Numbered from the stretch's first letter, positions 1 to 15,033 are shown. The stretch is 64,000 bases of DNA from Eledone cirrhosa (GCA_964016885.1 OZ024742.1:308636001-308700000); one strand, 5' to 3'. The notes: generated by a model not told the origin, from the letters alone. Translations and numbers: made by a program.

Positions 1-64
1 GATAAAATAAAGTACCAGTAATGCACTGGGTAATTGCTGGCCTTGTGCCAAAAGTAGAAACAAT
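1..64 (+). mobile_element. 3' end of tRNA-derived SINE (family 1), cut by window edge
   Basis: GATAAAATAAAGTACCAGTAATGCACTGGGTAATTGCTGGCCTTGTGCCAAAAGTAGAAACAAT matches the 3' part of full copies at 20418, 25454 and 34326. Confidence 0.85.
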
Positions 65-309
65 ATTAGTACAATAAACGCACAAATAAATTACAGATGG
101 AAATTCTTGTAGTAAAACCTACTATAAAGTATTACTAACAAGATGCAACAAATTTTCATCCTACAGATGAGATTGTAAAAGTTTAGAAGCGCTTAAGCTG
201 GTTTTAGGAACATTTCTCTTCCAAACAAGCCACAAGGAAACCATATGTACGGACCTTGAAATGACGGTAACGCTGGAACGCGATCGCCGTTTTACACAAC
301 GTCTAAAAG

Positions 310-321
310 AAAAAGCTGTTC

Positions 322-369
<48 letters not shown>

Positions 370-461
370 GAACATATATATGACTCGGAATTTGACTCGG
401 AATTTGCGTTGCGTTTCGCTATTTCTTTTCTACCCGCCGAAATGCGATTCTCGCTGAATTT

Positions 462-532
<71 letters not shown>

Positions 533-727
533 AGAGTATTGAAATTTCCTTGAAGCATTGTGGAATAATAAGGTATATTTCTTTAGGTCGTTTTGGAAGC
601 CTTAACAATGCAGATGGGTAAATCTCCGGGTAACAAGATCCGGTGGTGGAGAGAGAGATGTAAGTGAATGTAGGTTGAGATGTGTAGTGTGTAGATGTGC
701 ATTGTTGAGGCTTCCAAAACGCCCTAA

Positions 728-769
<42 letters not shown>

Positions 770-1018
770 TCGGCGAGAATCGCATTTCTGCGGGTAGAAA
801 AAGCGAAACGAAACGCAAAATCAGAGTTATGCTGGCAACCGCTCTATAGTTAAAAAGCCAGAGCTAAACATATGTGTTAAAACGCCATACAAACTGAAAA
901 AGTGGTCAAAAAGGCATTAAACACCTAAGCCAAAAAGTAAGTCAAACTAATCAGGTCAAACAGAATAACTGATAAAATCATATATATATATATATATATA
1001 TATGAGGAACAGCTTTTT
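310..1018. repeat. Three concentric inverted repeats separated by (TA)n tracts
   Basis: Arms 310-326/1002-1018, ~402-462/764-819 and 580-612/698-730 (31/33 identical) are reverse complements. Confidence 0.8.
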
Positions 1019-1494
1019 TATATGGGGATGATGGGGGGGGGAGGGGGGTATATAAATAATAATAATAATAATAATGAAATTATTGTGTAAAGTGCTCAGG
1101 TGCACTACAACTCGTCAATATAGTACATAGAATAATACACAAATGCCAGGGAAGTACATGTTTGTATGTGTTAGCTGTAGTGTTGGCGGATCTCGGGAAG
1201 CATGGAGGCCTTAAAGGATGCAGTGTCTCGACAGCTAACAACTGATGTCCCACGCACGCATACATCTCTCTCTCTGTATATATATATATACATATTTATA
1301 TTAAGTATATATACATATATATGTATTCATATATATATATAAATCTATATATATATATATACATATATATATATAATGATGACGAGGTAAATATGCTTAT
1401 GCTTCACCAAATTCTTCAATATATTCAAAAATGGGAAATGGTTTCAATTATTTCCGATCGGATTCTCTTTTTATCGACAAGCCACGAACCATAG

Positions 1495-1959
1495 ACCACT
1501 CTACCACTACTACTACCACTGCTACTACCATTACTACTAATACTACTACTTCTAATACTACTACCACCACCACTACTACCACCACCACTACTACCATTAT
1601 TACCTTTACAATTACTACTACTACTACTACTACCACCTCTACTACCATTACTACTATTACTACTACCACCACCACTACCACCACAACTACTACCATTACT
1701 ACTACTACCACTACTACTACCACCACTACTACCATTACTACTACTACTATTACTACTACCACTACTACTACCACCATTACTACTACTACTACTACCACCA
1801 ACACTATTACCACCATTACTACCATTACTACTACTACTACTAGTACTACTACTACTACCACCACTACTACTACCACTACTACCACAACCACTACTACCAT
1901 TACTACTACTACTACCACCACCTCCATTACTACTGCTACCTACTTTACTACTACTACTG

Positions 1960-2014
<55 letters not shown>

Positions 2015-2076
2015 CACCACCACTACTACTACCACCACCTCCATTACTACTACTACCTACTTTACTATAACTACTG

Positions 2077-2112
<36 letters not shown>

Positions 2113-2775
2113 CACCGCCTCTAACATATTATATATCTAATATTTATCACACTATAACAACTTTTACCATACTATCTCTATCACCACCACCAGTAACACA
2201 ACATCCCCGTCTCTCACCATCGCTGAAACCATTAGTGGCATCTAGTATTGGCACAACGATATTTCTCCTCCACCGCCATCATATCAACCACCGCCATCGT
2301 AACAACCACCGCCATCATAACAACCACCGCCATCATATCAACCACCGCCATCGTAACAACCACCGCCATCGTAACAACCACTGCCATCGTAACAACCACC
2401 GCCATCATATCAACCACCGCCATCGTAACAACCACTGCCATCATAACAACCACCGCCATCATATCAACCACCGCCATCGTAACAACCACCGCCATCGTAA
2501 CAACCTCCGCCATCATAACAACCACCGCCATCATAACAACAACCACCAAAACGAAAATAGCCGCTGTTGAGATAACAGCCACCACTCCCATAACAATCGC
2601 CGCCATTATAAAAAAAACAGCCAATACCATGGCCACTATCGCCACCATAACAACAACCATCGACACCAAAACCATAATAACGACCGATTAGATAAGAACC
2701 ACCACCATAATGACCACTTCCCCCATAACAACCGCCGCCATTATAACAACCACGGCTACCATACCAACAATAACA

Positions 2776-2831
<56 letters not shown>

Positions 2832-4110
2832 CCTCCATACTTAATATAGCCAAAAACATCATTTATTTCTCAACGCCGTCTCCATAATCCTTCCATTCCA
2901 CAACAACACTAAGTATAACACTACCACCGCAACTCTACTACCATCATACCACCATCAACACTACCACCGCAACTCTACAACCACCATAACACCATTAAAA
3001 CTACCACCACAACTCTACTACCACCACACCAGCATCAGAACTACCACCGCAACTCTACAACAACCATATCACCATCAACACTACGACCGCAACTCTACTG
3101 CAACCAACACTAACACTACTACCACAAATACCACCAACACTAACACTACTACCACAACTACCACCAACACTAACACTACTACCACAATTACCATCAACAC
3201 TAACACTACTACACAACTACCACCAACAGTAACACTACTACCACAACTACCACCGACACTAACACTACTACAAAACTACCACCAACACTATCACTACTAC
3301 CACAATTACCATCAACACTAACACTACTACACAACTACCACCAACAGTAACACTACTACCACAACTACCACCGACACTAACACTACTACAAAACTACCAC
3401 CAACACTATCACTACTACCACAATTACCATCAACACTAACACTACTACACAACTACCACCAACAGTAACAATACTACCACAACTACCACCAACACTATCA
3501 CTACTACAAAACTACCACCACTGTAATATCTCTACAATTATATTTTTACTGTGAAATCCGAATCTGACAACTTACAGCAAGACATGCAGAATGAGAGTGC
3601 AGCTTGTCAATAACTGCTGCATATCTATCATTGCAGACTGTTGCCATGGCGATTGGTTCTCTGACTGCTTCACTTATTCACCACCACTAACACCACCACC
3701 GCCGCCACCGCTACCACCCTCACCGTTACCACCACCATCACCATCACCACCGCTACCACTACCACCACCACCATCACCACCACTACCACCACCACCACCG
3801 CCGCCACGGTCGCTGCTACCACCACCATCTTCACCACCATCACCGCTACCACTACCACTACCACCACCACCACCGCTACTACTACCACTACCCCCACCAC
3901 ACCACCATTGCTACCACCACCACCACCCCTGCCACCACTACCACCATAACCACTACCACCACCACTACCACCACGACTACCGCTACCACCATTACGACTA
4001 CCACCACCACCGCTACCACCGAAAACTACTACCACCAAACTACTACCACCACTACTACCACTACCACAACCACCACTACAACCACCACTACCACTACCAC
4101 CACCACCACT
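1495..4110. repeat. Low-complexity (ACT/ACC)n region with embedded 18-, 39- and ~21-bp minisatellites
   Basis: Degenerate triplet runs; 18-bp ACCACCGCCATCRTAACA array at ~2270-2545; 39-bp unit at ~2915-3100; ~21-bp CACTAACACTACTACCACAAC-like unit at ~3105-3520. Confidence 0.9.
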
Positions 4111-4527
4111 GCATGTACTTCTTGTTGGTTCTCTTTTCCATTTTTTTTTCTGCTGGGGTTTTTTCTACTTTTTTTTTCTTTATCTTCTCTTTCTCTGTTG
4201 CCATTCTTACTCTCTTCCACAGTCCTTCCTTTTCTTCTTTTACATCTGTCTGCATTTTTTCTTCATTTAGTTGGTTTTTTTTTGCTCTTTATTCTATGAT
4301 TTTCGTCTCCTTCTCTTTCCTTCTTCTCTTTTTCTCCCTACCCATTCTTCCATTTCTTGTTCTATCTAGTTTTATTATTCCTCATTTAATATTTAATCTT
4401 TATTTCTTATACAAGAGCCACCGAGAGTGACTCTATGGCATCAGGCGACGTGTTGGAAATAACAGCATAACATGTCTTAAAGAACTTTACCGCTTTTCAA
4501 AAACTAAGGAAGGTTAAATTTATAATG

Positions 4528-4744
4528 ATTTCTTATATAGGCACAAGGCCAGTAATTTTTTTTGGGGGGGACAGGCGATTAAATCGACCCCAGTACGTGA
4601 CTGGTACTTTATTTTATCGACCCCGTAAAGATGAAAGGCAAAGTTAACGTCGGCGGGATTTAAATTCAGATCATAAAGGGCCGTAACTCTATGCTGAAAA
4701 GCATGGCGTCCGACCCTCTACCCATACTGCCAATCCACCGCCCT
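4528..4744 (-). mobile_element. tRNA-derived SINE (family 1), full length
   Basis: Reverse complement of GGGCGGTGGATTGGCAGTAT...B-box-like...CATCTTTACGGGGTCGATAAAATAAAGTACCAGT. Confidence 0.85.
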
Positions 4745-4918
4745 AAAGAATAAATTCATAATGTTGCCGTCTCGGTGGCCTAGTAGGAGGTATTAGAGAC
4801 GGTGGAGATTTTGATCTGGGGTTCAAACTCGATCGGGTTCTACACTAAATTCTATCATATATTTTTGTTATGCACTTGAGCATTGTAGTACACCTGAGCA
4901 CTGTACACAATACTTTTC

Positions 4919-5558
4919 AGGGCGGTGGATTGGCAGTATCGGTAGAGGGTCGGACGCCATGCTAGGGCGGTGGATTGGCAGTATCGGTAGAGGGTCTGAC
5001 GCCATGCTAGGGCGGTGGATTGGCAGTATGGGTAGAGGGTCGGACGCCATGCTAGGGCGGTGGGTTGGCAGTATCGGTAGAGGGTCGGACGCCATGCTAG
5101 GGCGGTGGATTGGCAGTAGCGGTAGAGGGTCGGACGCCATGCTAGGGCGGTGGGTTGGCAGTATCGGTAGAGGGTCGGACGCCATGCTAGGGCGGTGGGT
5201 TGGCAGTATCGGTAGAGGGTCGGACGCCAAGCTAGGGCGGTGGGTTGGCAGTATAGGTAGAGGATCGGACTCCATGCTAGGGCGGTGGATTGACAGTATC
5301 GGTAGAGGGTCGGACGCCATGCTAGGGCGGTGGATTGGCAGTATCGGTAGAGGGTCGGACGCCATGCTAGGGAGGTGGATTGGCAGTATCGGTAGAGGAT
5401 CGGATGCCATGCTTTGCAGCACAGTTACGTCCCTTTACGAACTGAGTTCAAATCCCGCTGAGGTTAACTTTTCCTTTCATCCTTACGGGGTCGATAAAAT
5501 AAAGTACCAGTAATACACTGGTATAATTGCTGGCCTTGTGCCAAAAGTAGAAACAATT
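4919..5558 (+). mobile_element. SINE family 1 whose 45-bp head is tandemly amplified 11 times
   Basis: 45-bp unit AGGGCGGTGGATTGGCAGTATCGGTAGAGGGTCGGACGCCATGCT starts at 4919, 4964 ... 5369; the last unit runs into a normal SINE body with GTTCAAATCC B-box. Confidence 0.9.
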
Positions 5559-6044
5559 ATATTACAATATTTTATCTTAGTACATGTGGTGTAGTAAATA
5601 AATATATATACTAGGACCGAACATAATGGAACTAAACTCCCGCTGTCACTGCCTCCGTCTCTTCCGCTCTCGCCATCTCTCACATTATAAGCAAATGGAG
5701 GCCCACGTGCTGGCAGCCCCACGGTCCCGGCAGACAGAGCATAGGGCAGTCAAAATATGCTCTCTCTGACAAATAAGATTATCACAACTAGAATATCCTT
5801 CATTATATAGTTGTTAGACCATGCAAGAGTCGTAGCAAAATACCTTTAATTCTAGTATTCGCGTATGACGTTGAACAGGAGGAGAATATTAGAGTTGACT
5901 AGCAGAATGGCCCGGCGTTGCACGGGATTTGCTCTAGGGTTCTTATATATTTGATATATATTTATCCTTATCGAGCCTCGTGAAATACATACGTTTGTTT
6001 ATATTTTGTTATTGTGTATGCAAAAATATCTGTACACGAATATA

Positions 6045-6153
<109 letters not shown>

Positions 6154-6268
6154 AAATAACTGATTAAAGTTTAAGCAAATAATCGCTGCTTTCGCCCTTA
6201 ACGGGATCTTCTAAAACTAAAAAGATCAATCTGTGAACGCAGAAGTAGATATTTCGAAAAACGTTACA

Positions 6269-6340
<72 letters not shown>

Positions 6341-6974
6341 TATATATATACATACACACACACACAGGATCATAATGTCGTAATACAGACACCCAGTCAT
6401 ACAGACAAATATTATAAGGGCGCAACGTTATATCTATGTATCTATCTAAAAAGAAAGACTAAGAATTATAGAGGGAAATCGCTAAATCGACTAATGCGGT
6501 CCCTAGGACATTGAACATTTGAAATATTTGTTGCTCAAAACATTCACAGACCCATAAGTATTACATGTGTAAAGTTTGAAAAAAATTGGTTTGGTGGTCT
6601 CGAGTTTTAGGGAGTCAGACAGACAGACAGACAGACATTCTCTGTTTTAGATATATAGACTAGCAGAAAACCACCCGGTGGGCGGTTTTCTGCTAGCAAA
6701 TCTACTGTATATACTGATATTGTTGAGATTTGGATGAGAAATGTTTTCGGCACCACATGTTCACCGTCTCTCGGTGTGTCTTTTATGCATGTATAAATAT
6801 ATATGTTATCTATACGGTGAAATCTTTGAAATAAATATATGTTAAAACGAAAAAGGAGAAAAAGAGATTAGTGACGGAAATATAAACGTTATGATACATA
6901 AACGTTATGATATAACGATGGAAATATATAAACGTTTACGATAAAACGATGGAAATAGAAACGTTTATATATAA

Positions 6975-7152
6975 TTGTTTCTACTTTAGGCACAAGGCCA
7001 GCAATTACCCAGTTCATTACTGGTACTGTATTTTATCGACCCCGTAAGGATGAAAGGCAAAGTCAACCTCGGCGGGATTTGAACTCAGATTGTAAAGGGA
7101 CGTAACTATGCTGGAAAGCATGGCGTCCGACCCTCTACCGATACTGCCAATC
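6975..7152 (-). mobile_element. SINE family 1 nested in Helitron-like element
   Basis: Reverse-complement match to family 1 copies. Confidence 0.85.
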
Positions 7153-7366
7153 CAAACGTTTATATATAATGATAAGCCGAAATACTCGTAAGCTGAAACA
7201 CTCGTAGTCGAAACACTCGTAAAGCGAAACGTATGAATAAAGATTAATGTAATGAATTTGAAAAGCATAGAGATTTGAAACCGCGTCTATTTGTTTCCTT
7301 GGCATTTTATACAGACGGACAGACAGACAAACAAACAGAGAAATGCCCATTATATATTATAAGTAG

Positions 7367-7505
7367 ATTCAATGGCAACCTTCTTCAAATGGTCCTTATT
7401 ATCAGCAGCAAAAACCACAAATTCAATGGCAACCTTCTTCAAATGGTCCTTATTATCAGCAGCAAAAACCACAAATTCAATGGCAACCTTCTTCAAATGG
7501 TCCTT
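7367..7505. repeat. 54-bp tandem repeat, ~2.6 copies
   Basis: ATTCAATGGCAACCTTCTTCAAATGGTCCTT... starts at 7367, 7421 and 7475. Confidence 0.9.
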
Positions 7506-7765
7506 GGCATGGTGTCAAGTCAGAACCGCCTCGAACTGGTTACTTCTGGCTTGTGCAAGGTGTCTCTATAGCATCCAGCGATTCCCTCGGCCTCAGTGAC
7601 CAAAGTCAGTGGAGAGGGGAAGGTAATGTTTCTATAACGACAGTGTTTCTCTTGGTAGTACCAAAGTGGAGAAAGGAAGGGGAAGGTAATATTTCTGTAG
7701 CACCTACATTTGAGTTTTAGGGAAGGACAGACAGACAGACAAACAGAGAAATGCCCATATATTTC

Positions 7766-7796
<31 letters not shown>

Positions 7797-7824
7797 TACA
7801 CACACAGAAATGTATATATATTTC

Positions 7825-7887
<63 letters not shown>

Positions 7888-8564
7888 CACACACAGAAAT
7901 GTATATATATTTCTGTGTGTGTATATATATATATTACACACACAGAAATGTATATATATTTCTGTGTGTATATATATATATTTCTGTGTGTGTATATATA
8001 TATATATATATTACACACACAGAGAAATGTATATATGTTTCTGTAGCACTCCTCAATTCCCCCCTCTCTCCCTCCCGCTATCCCCCTCTTCTAGTCTGTC
8101 TCTTTCTTTCACTCTCACCCTCTCTCTACGCGTGCGCAAAAAACATTCGCACGCACGCACGTGTTTTAGCGTCTATTCACTCTCTCTCTCTCCCTCTCTC
8201 CCTCTCTCCCTCCCGCTATCCCCCTCTCGTAGTCTGTCTCTTTCTTTCACTCTCACTCTCTCTCTACGCGTGCGCAAAAAACATTCGCACGCGCGCACGT
8301 GTTTCCACTGTCGGACAGACAGACAGACAAACAGAGAAATTGCTGGTTATATATATAAGTAGATTATGTTTAACCAAAGACTTGAGTTCTACTTATTTAT
8401 CTATCAGTGAAGCAAAAGAAACAAAGTCAATCTTAGTGAGACAGGATGTCAGATTATACAGTGACGTAGCTAAATACCAGTGTCAATTGTATTTGTTCCC
8501 TTAGTAATTCACCTACCCATTGTTTATACCTAACACTAACATTATTACTATTATTATGATTATT

Positions 8565-9213
8565 GATGGATTTGAAGTATCGGTAGAGCGTCGGACACCA
8601 TGCTTCGCGGCATAGAGTGACGTTCCTTAGCGTTCTGAGTTCAAATCCCGCCGAGATTAACTTTGCCTTTCATCCTTACGGGGTCGATAAAATAAAATAC
8701 CAGTCACGCACTGGGTCGATTTAATCGATTTTCCCCTCCCCCAAAATTGCTGGGCTTGTGCCTATATAAGAAACCGTTATTATTATTTGACAAAAACGTC
8801 AGAGCGTCGGACAAAATGCTTTATGGCTCTTTACTTTCTGGGTTCAAACCTCACCAAGGTCCTCTTTGCCTTTAATCTTTCCGGGGTTGATAAAATAAAA
8901 TACCAGTAAACTACTGGGATCGATTTAACTGGCTCCCCACCCCCCGTTAAATTAATGGTCTTGTGCCTAAATTAGACATCATTAATGTGTAAAGGGCGGT
9001 GGATTGGCAGTATCGGTAGAGGGTCGGACACCATACTTTGCGGCATAGAGGTACGGCCCTTTATGGTCTGAGTTCAAATCCCGCCGAGGATAACTTTGTC
9101 TTTCATCCTTACGGGGTCGATAAAATAAAATACCAGTCACGCACTGGGTCGATTTAATCAACTTTCCCCTCCCGCCAAATTGCTGGCCTTGTGCCTATAT
9201 AAGAAACCATTAT
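8565..9213 (+). mobile_element. Cluster of three head-to-tail SINEs (family 1 and an older relative)
   Basis: Copies at ~8565-8780, ~8790-8980 and ~8992-9213, each with GTTCAAA B-box and GATAAAATAAAATACCAGT core. Confidence 0.8.
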
Positions 9214-9454
9214 TATGAAGCTAGTGATTATCATCGACAGAATCATCATATCTATCACATTGTCATCATCTTTATCAGCAGTTGTATTAATCATGATCTT
9301 CAGTTACACCGTTATCACCATATCTTCTACATCAACCAACATTGTAACATTTTCACACTTTCTCTCTTTTTCTTCATGTCATTGTAGACATTTTCCGCTT
9401 TATTGTCTTAGAAAAGTTCAACGATGGCATTACTTCTTGACACTGCATATTTTT

Positions 9455-9632
9455 ATCTCTAACTGATGGTGGTGGGGGTGGTCGAAGTAGTCGTGGTGGT
9501 CGTGGTCGTGGTGATGATGGTGGTCGTCGTCGTGGTAGAGGTGGTCGTGGTGGTGGTCGTGGTGGTAGTGTTCGTGGTGGTCGTAATCGTGGTGGTCGTA
9601 GTGGTCGTGGTGGTGGTTGTGGTGGTGGTGGA
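9455..9632. repeat. Degenerate (GTG/GTC)n microsatellite
   Basis: Direct inspection. Confidence 0.9.
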
Positions 9633-9758
9633 CATGGGCTTCCGTCATGCAGGACATGTTTCTGGAAATATCTACATTTAGCAAAATCCCAGGTCTAGTA
9701 TTTAAGTACATGTGTGTACTTATCGAAGAATGAAGCTATTATCTAGTATGCAGATATA

Positions 9759-9935
9759 ATTGTTTCTACTTTTGGCACAAGGCCAGCAATACCCAGTGCA
9801 TTACTGGTACTTTATTTTATCAAGCCCGCAAGGATGAAAGTTAACCTCGGCGGGATTTGAACTGAGAATGGCAAAGGCCGTAACTCTATGCGTCAAAGCA
9901 TGGCGTCCGACCCTCTACCGATACTGCCAATCCAC
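9759..9935 (-). mobile_element. SINE family 1
   Basis: Reverse-complement match to family 1 copies. Confidence 0.8.
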
Positions 9936-12900
9936 AGATATATTAGTTAGACATTTCATATAATTTGGCTCTTTCTACTGTTATTCACCTTATGTTAAAG
10001 CCTGAGCAGTTGTCCATTAAATTCCAAACGTGATTTGATAGCATTATTATCGCTATCACTCAATGTAGCAGTGTCATTGACATATTGTTGTATCAATTTT
10101 CTTTCTGTCATGCCGATAGACCGATAGATAGTTATATCCAGAGGAGGTGACGTTAGCTTCGTACATTACTACTTGTGCGTTTAGAAGATATGTTTAATGG
10201 GCAATGTTTGATGTTCCTCCAAGGTTACATGTTCACTTGTGGTATTTCCTCTGGATTTATGAGGGATTCAGTATTGCAACTACATTCCTATTTAGATTTA
10301 CCGACTAGCTTTCTATCCAACAGGTATAGACATAGACAGGCAAAGAGAGATGTATGTTGATAGATGGATAGATATTGATATTTATCAAGGGCACAAGTTT
10401 TAGTTGAGAACTATAGTTGATTATATCGATTCCAGAATTTAACAAGTACTTAAGTTATTGAGTACAGAAGAATGAAATATAAAATCGACCTCTCTTGTAT
10501 TTGAACTCAAACCACAAAGAGATATATCTCAATGCCGTAGAGAATTTTGTTCCTTGCTAGACTGATTCTCTCAATGTACTTCCTTTAGATAGATAAGAAT
10601 TTAGATATGGAGTGTGAATGAGAAACAAAGGTGGAGTATATGAATAAGTGAGAGAAAGGAAGAGAGAGAGAGTGAGTGAGTATGAACAAGAGAGAAAAAA
10701 CAAAGTGGACAGAGAGTATACGTGAAAGAGGGAGAGAGAGATAGGACTTACAAGCACACTTGGCACTAGAAAGAAACAAGTATTTAAATTTCAAGAAAAA
10801 AATCAATTTGAATATTTTATATGGAAACCTTACAAGATTTACTTGATATTTCCGAATTTCTGAGAAAATAATCGTACCAAAAAACAACAAACAGCCACAG
10901 ACTTGTTAAAGAGAAATAACTGTTGCTTATAAATAAACTGTAATATCTATGTTTTCTCCTTCAAATTTTATTTGGTGTTTTTCTGTTACTTCAACATATA
11001 AAACTCTTCTTAGTTTTATCCAATTTCCTCTGAATTTATATTCTAGATTGCTTTGGAGATTTCGTATATTGACACGATGTCAAAACTTTTTAAGGAAATG
11101 GAGTCAGTTTAATCACCTCCAGTACAATTCTCTTGTATAGATTATCGATCGTATTCCCACGAAACTATAAAAAGCAAAATATTTATTCTAATGGGATTTG
11201 AATTCAAAATTTAAACGAAGTGATGATTAGCGCCGTGTTTGAATCTAGCCGCCACTCCACCATCATCCTTCTCAATGTTATCTATATTCGTATAATGCTT
11301 AGAGGAAAGGTAATTGGATTGTACGTTCGGCCTTCCCAAAGGAAGTTCAGTACATTTTGACAAACTTAGTCAACACGTTTTTCCCTCGCAGTATCAGATC
11401 TCATAACTGTAATTAGATACCATATGCAGACACATCTCACTGTTATACGCCTGATGGAAGAATGGTTAAGAAGATTGTTTCGTAATCATTAAGTCTTGGG
11501 TTTGATCTTACTGCGTTGCAGCTTGAGCAAACCCATGCCTTGTGAAACTGGATGGACAGAAAATTAGAAACACCTCAGCTGGACTGGACCTGTAATTCGA
11601 AGGGCACATTTTTGTTATACGCTTAGTTAAGTTGTATTTCCTTGAGAATTACGTTATGCCTACATATGTGTCTGCAGAATTCTCAATCAGTTGCGTTAAT
11701 TTCATAAGCAAGCTATTCTTTGTTCTAACAACTGCTACAGATGCCGTCGAAACCGACGGAGAGCCATCGATATGCAGCGAAACGAAATTACAACAAACGA
11801 GTAATAGAGGTGTATTTTCTTCCAAATGTCTTCATATCTGCAACTTTACTCAGATTTCAATCTATGATACTTCAAACAATATAATGCGTTAAAGACAATA
11901 CTCAACAACTGAGATTCCTGCCCGACTAGGTAGTACCGCTATATCATATGATCGATAATTACTATAAGTGGTAAGAAGAATACAAAAGGTGCAGTTTGTT
12001 ACAAAGAGCGATTGTATGACTGTATAATTCAGGTTTCGATACTCAGCCGGAAGGCTAACGATGGAAAGAAGTTTATAAAAGAAATGCATAAAGACGGAAT
12101 TTCTTAGCTCTGAAAGCTTCACTTTGTTGTTGTGATGTCTATTATTGTTCGGATTTTTCTCAATCAGCTTGGCTGACATTCAATGTGACATGTATCTCCA
12201 GGTAGTTACATTATCAGCCAAATAAAACAAAAACTGAAAAGTCAGCTGTGGTAGCCATCTTTGTAAGCTAAACCAATGAATATTTATTATTGCAAGAACC
12301 AAATTGTAATAAATCTGTAAAGTACATTTGATGCAATGAGAAGAGACTTGGAAATTATACCTCTCAGTATATTGACAATTCCGATCTCTGGATTCACTTT
12401 TTACCGTGATTGATTTTCAATTTCTTTTCATTAATTTTGTAGTCTGATTTGAGTGATTAAAACTAAACTTTAAAAATTTTTTTTTTTTTTTCTAAATTAA
12501 GTATAATTTCCCTGCTTTATGTATTTTTAGCACTGTAGTCAATTGATCAGCATCTGAATTTTAAAAAAAACGAATTGTTACATAGTAAGGATCGATAAAT
12601 GTTAAGTGAAAGTTAGCTGATGGTGATCCAATCCTAATAACATACTGGACTATGATTCAGAACCATCAATGGCACTGTACTATCTGTTGATATTAACTAT
12701 GAACCTGATTTCTCTTAATCTTTTTAGCTATACATATACGTATAGGGAGCTGTAAGGACGCCATCATAACAAATGGCATCTTGGGCATTTAAAATGGCGG
12801 AGCCCATCTCCACTCCAGGTTTGATCACAGCCGATTTCTTCCAGAGAAGGAGAGGTATTGAGAGAGAATGAATGAGAAAGAGATATAGAAGAAGTATCGA

Positions 12901-14825
12901 GCCAGTACTGGTACATTTTTTATCGAACTTGAAAGGATGGTTAATCTAGGCAGAATTTGAAATCAGCCAGCCGAAACGATTGCCGCAAAGCTTTTTATCT
13001 GGCGTTCTAATGACTACAATTTTGATTACGTTTATCTCGTCTTTTCTATGCTAGATATTTTGTGGCTTTTGACGCAGGTCAAGACTTTGTTTAGCTTTGA
13101 TGTATATTTCTCAGCAGTTACTGAATTTACCATTCCTATATAAAGCTGCTCTTCACGGGTTTGAAGTAACGAACTTTCATTTCATAAGGAGTTCGTTTCA
13201 ATGATAGGCCCCTGTTTCCTAGTTCTTGAAGTTTAATTCCAGCTCCAGGATATATGTATACAAAAACCGGAATATCAGAGCACATTTGTTGATCCACGGA
13301 TCATCTGTGTTCTGTACCGCCCAGTACACTAACACTGTGTCACTCTGTTACTTATATACATGAATATAGAAAATGTGAAGCTGTTATGTTTTAAAAACAG
13401 AAAGTCAACAGTCCGCAAAATCCCTCGCATTAACTTCAATAATCATCTCAAATATTAAGACATGTAATTTAAGTATCATGTTTCAATGTTATTACATTTT
13501 TGTTGTCTTCCGTTTGTTTCAGATTATCCCTAATTGGGCAAACATATTAAAAGCATTTAAGCTGATACCATTCTGTATTTCTGTTCAGACATAGTGTATC
13601 TAAGACTACAGTATCAAATATTCTTTCCTCTTACCCGAGGAAGATTTGGCACCTAATTTTTGTAGGCCTAGCTGCCATGCTTTACTGTAAATAATCGATG
13701 TTGCAAGGTAAATTGTAAATATTAACAATACTCATAGGCTCCGTGGGTCGTGTGTGATTGACGTATATTTCACTATCTTACATATTAGGCTGATATCCCA
13801 TTACAGTGCCGACTACTAAATACACTACAGGAGCACAAAGTTTTTAGTGGTTTGAACGAAACTATGAGATTTATGGCTGAACTTCTATATAAAATAGTGA
13901 TGTCTGTGGCAGAATATTTCAATATAATAATTGTTACATAATAGGATTTTCTATTAATTCTTTATTATATTTCTCTCCTCGTAGTCAATTAACATACCTG
14001 AATTCTCTGTTTGTTTGTGAATATACTCACAGGAGCTCTGCAGTTAATATGCTTAACTCGCTGACATCTGAACAGTTATCGAATAATTATATGTTACAGC
14101 CGTTATGTGAGATTGTCTCCTATTGAGGATTTAAGTGGATTAACTCAATGACATATGGATTTATATTTAGAAATTATGTTCTAGCCATACAAGATAATTG
14201 TAGCCAGCTGTGAGTTTGAATAAATTGTCTGAATGACTTATAGGATTTATAATCAGGAATTACATGTTGTAAAGATTATATGATGTTGCCAGCAGCTGGT
14301 GATTTAAAGTGATTTAATTCAATGAAAGTTGGAGCTGATGTCATTTAGTCATTCATATCGAACCCACAAGCTTAGGGTGGCGGTTATGGTGGTGTTGGAA
14401 TAATTGGTTGAAACTCGTAAAATGGTTGGTGGGGACGATACTATCATACCACAGACAAATATGAAGACTTTTACATATTTGCAAAAGTAAGTTTCGATAA
14501 TTGACTCATCCGTCGTTTATGAAACCAGAACTCTAAAATATTAAACTGTATCGTTTCTTTTATATCCGAACAGAAAATAGTCGGTGTACTATCTAAATTG
14601 TTTGAATGTTTTCTCGGAGAAATTCTGAGGTACCATTGTTTTCTAAGTATCTTCTTTAGAATCATCTATAAGATCACTGGCGCAACACTGAGGCATTGAT
14701 TATTAAGTTAGCAGATTAGCTAATTTCATGTTTAACCAGTTCAAATAACATATTGCATAGAGTTGCCACTAATCTCAAGGATGTAGTATTTTCTAATCCG
14801 TGCTACACAATGAATGCGTGCGTGT

Positions 14826-14948
<123 letters not shown>

Positions 14949-15033
14949 CATATATATATATATGTGTGTGCGTGAAAAAATATCGTGTTCTTTACAAAAA
15001 CATTATAAAAATTGGAAAGAAGTAGGTGGAGGG

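Noticed and set aside
1431-2691. Thr- and His-rich mucin-like ORFs
   Set aside because: Translations of triplet and 18-bp repeats, open in several frames on both strands
4868-5513. 184-aa repeat ORFs or a CRISPR-like array
   Set aside because: Contiguous 45-bp SINE head units with no unique spacers and no cas genes
11632-12179. Possible host exons
   Set aside because: No recognisable homology or convincing splice pattern
14440-14665. Possible hAT dimerisation-domain remnant (NILEFW...QLSKL)
   Set aside because: Too short and degenerate to call without an HMM search
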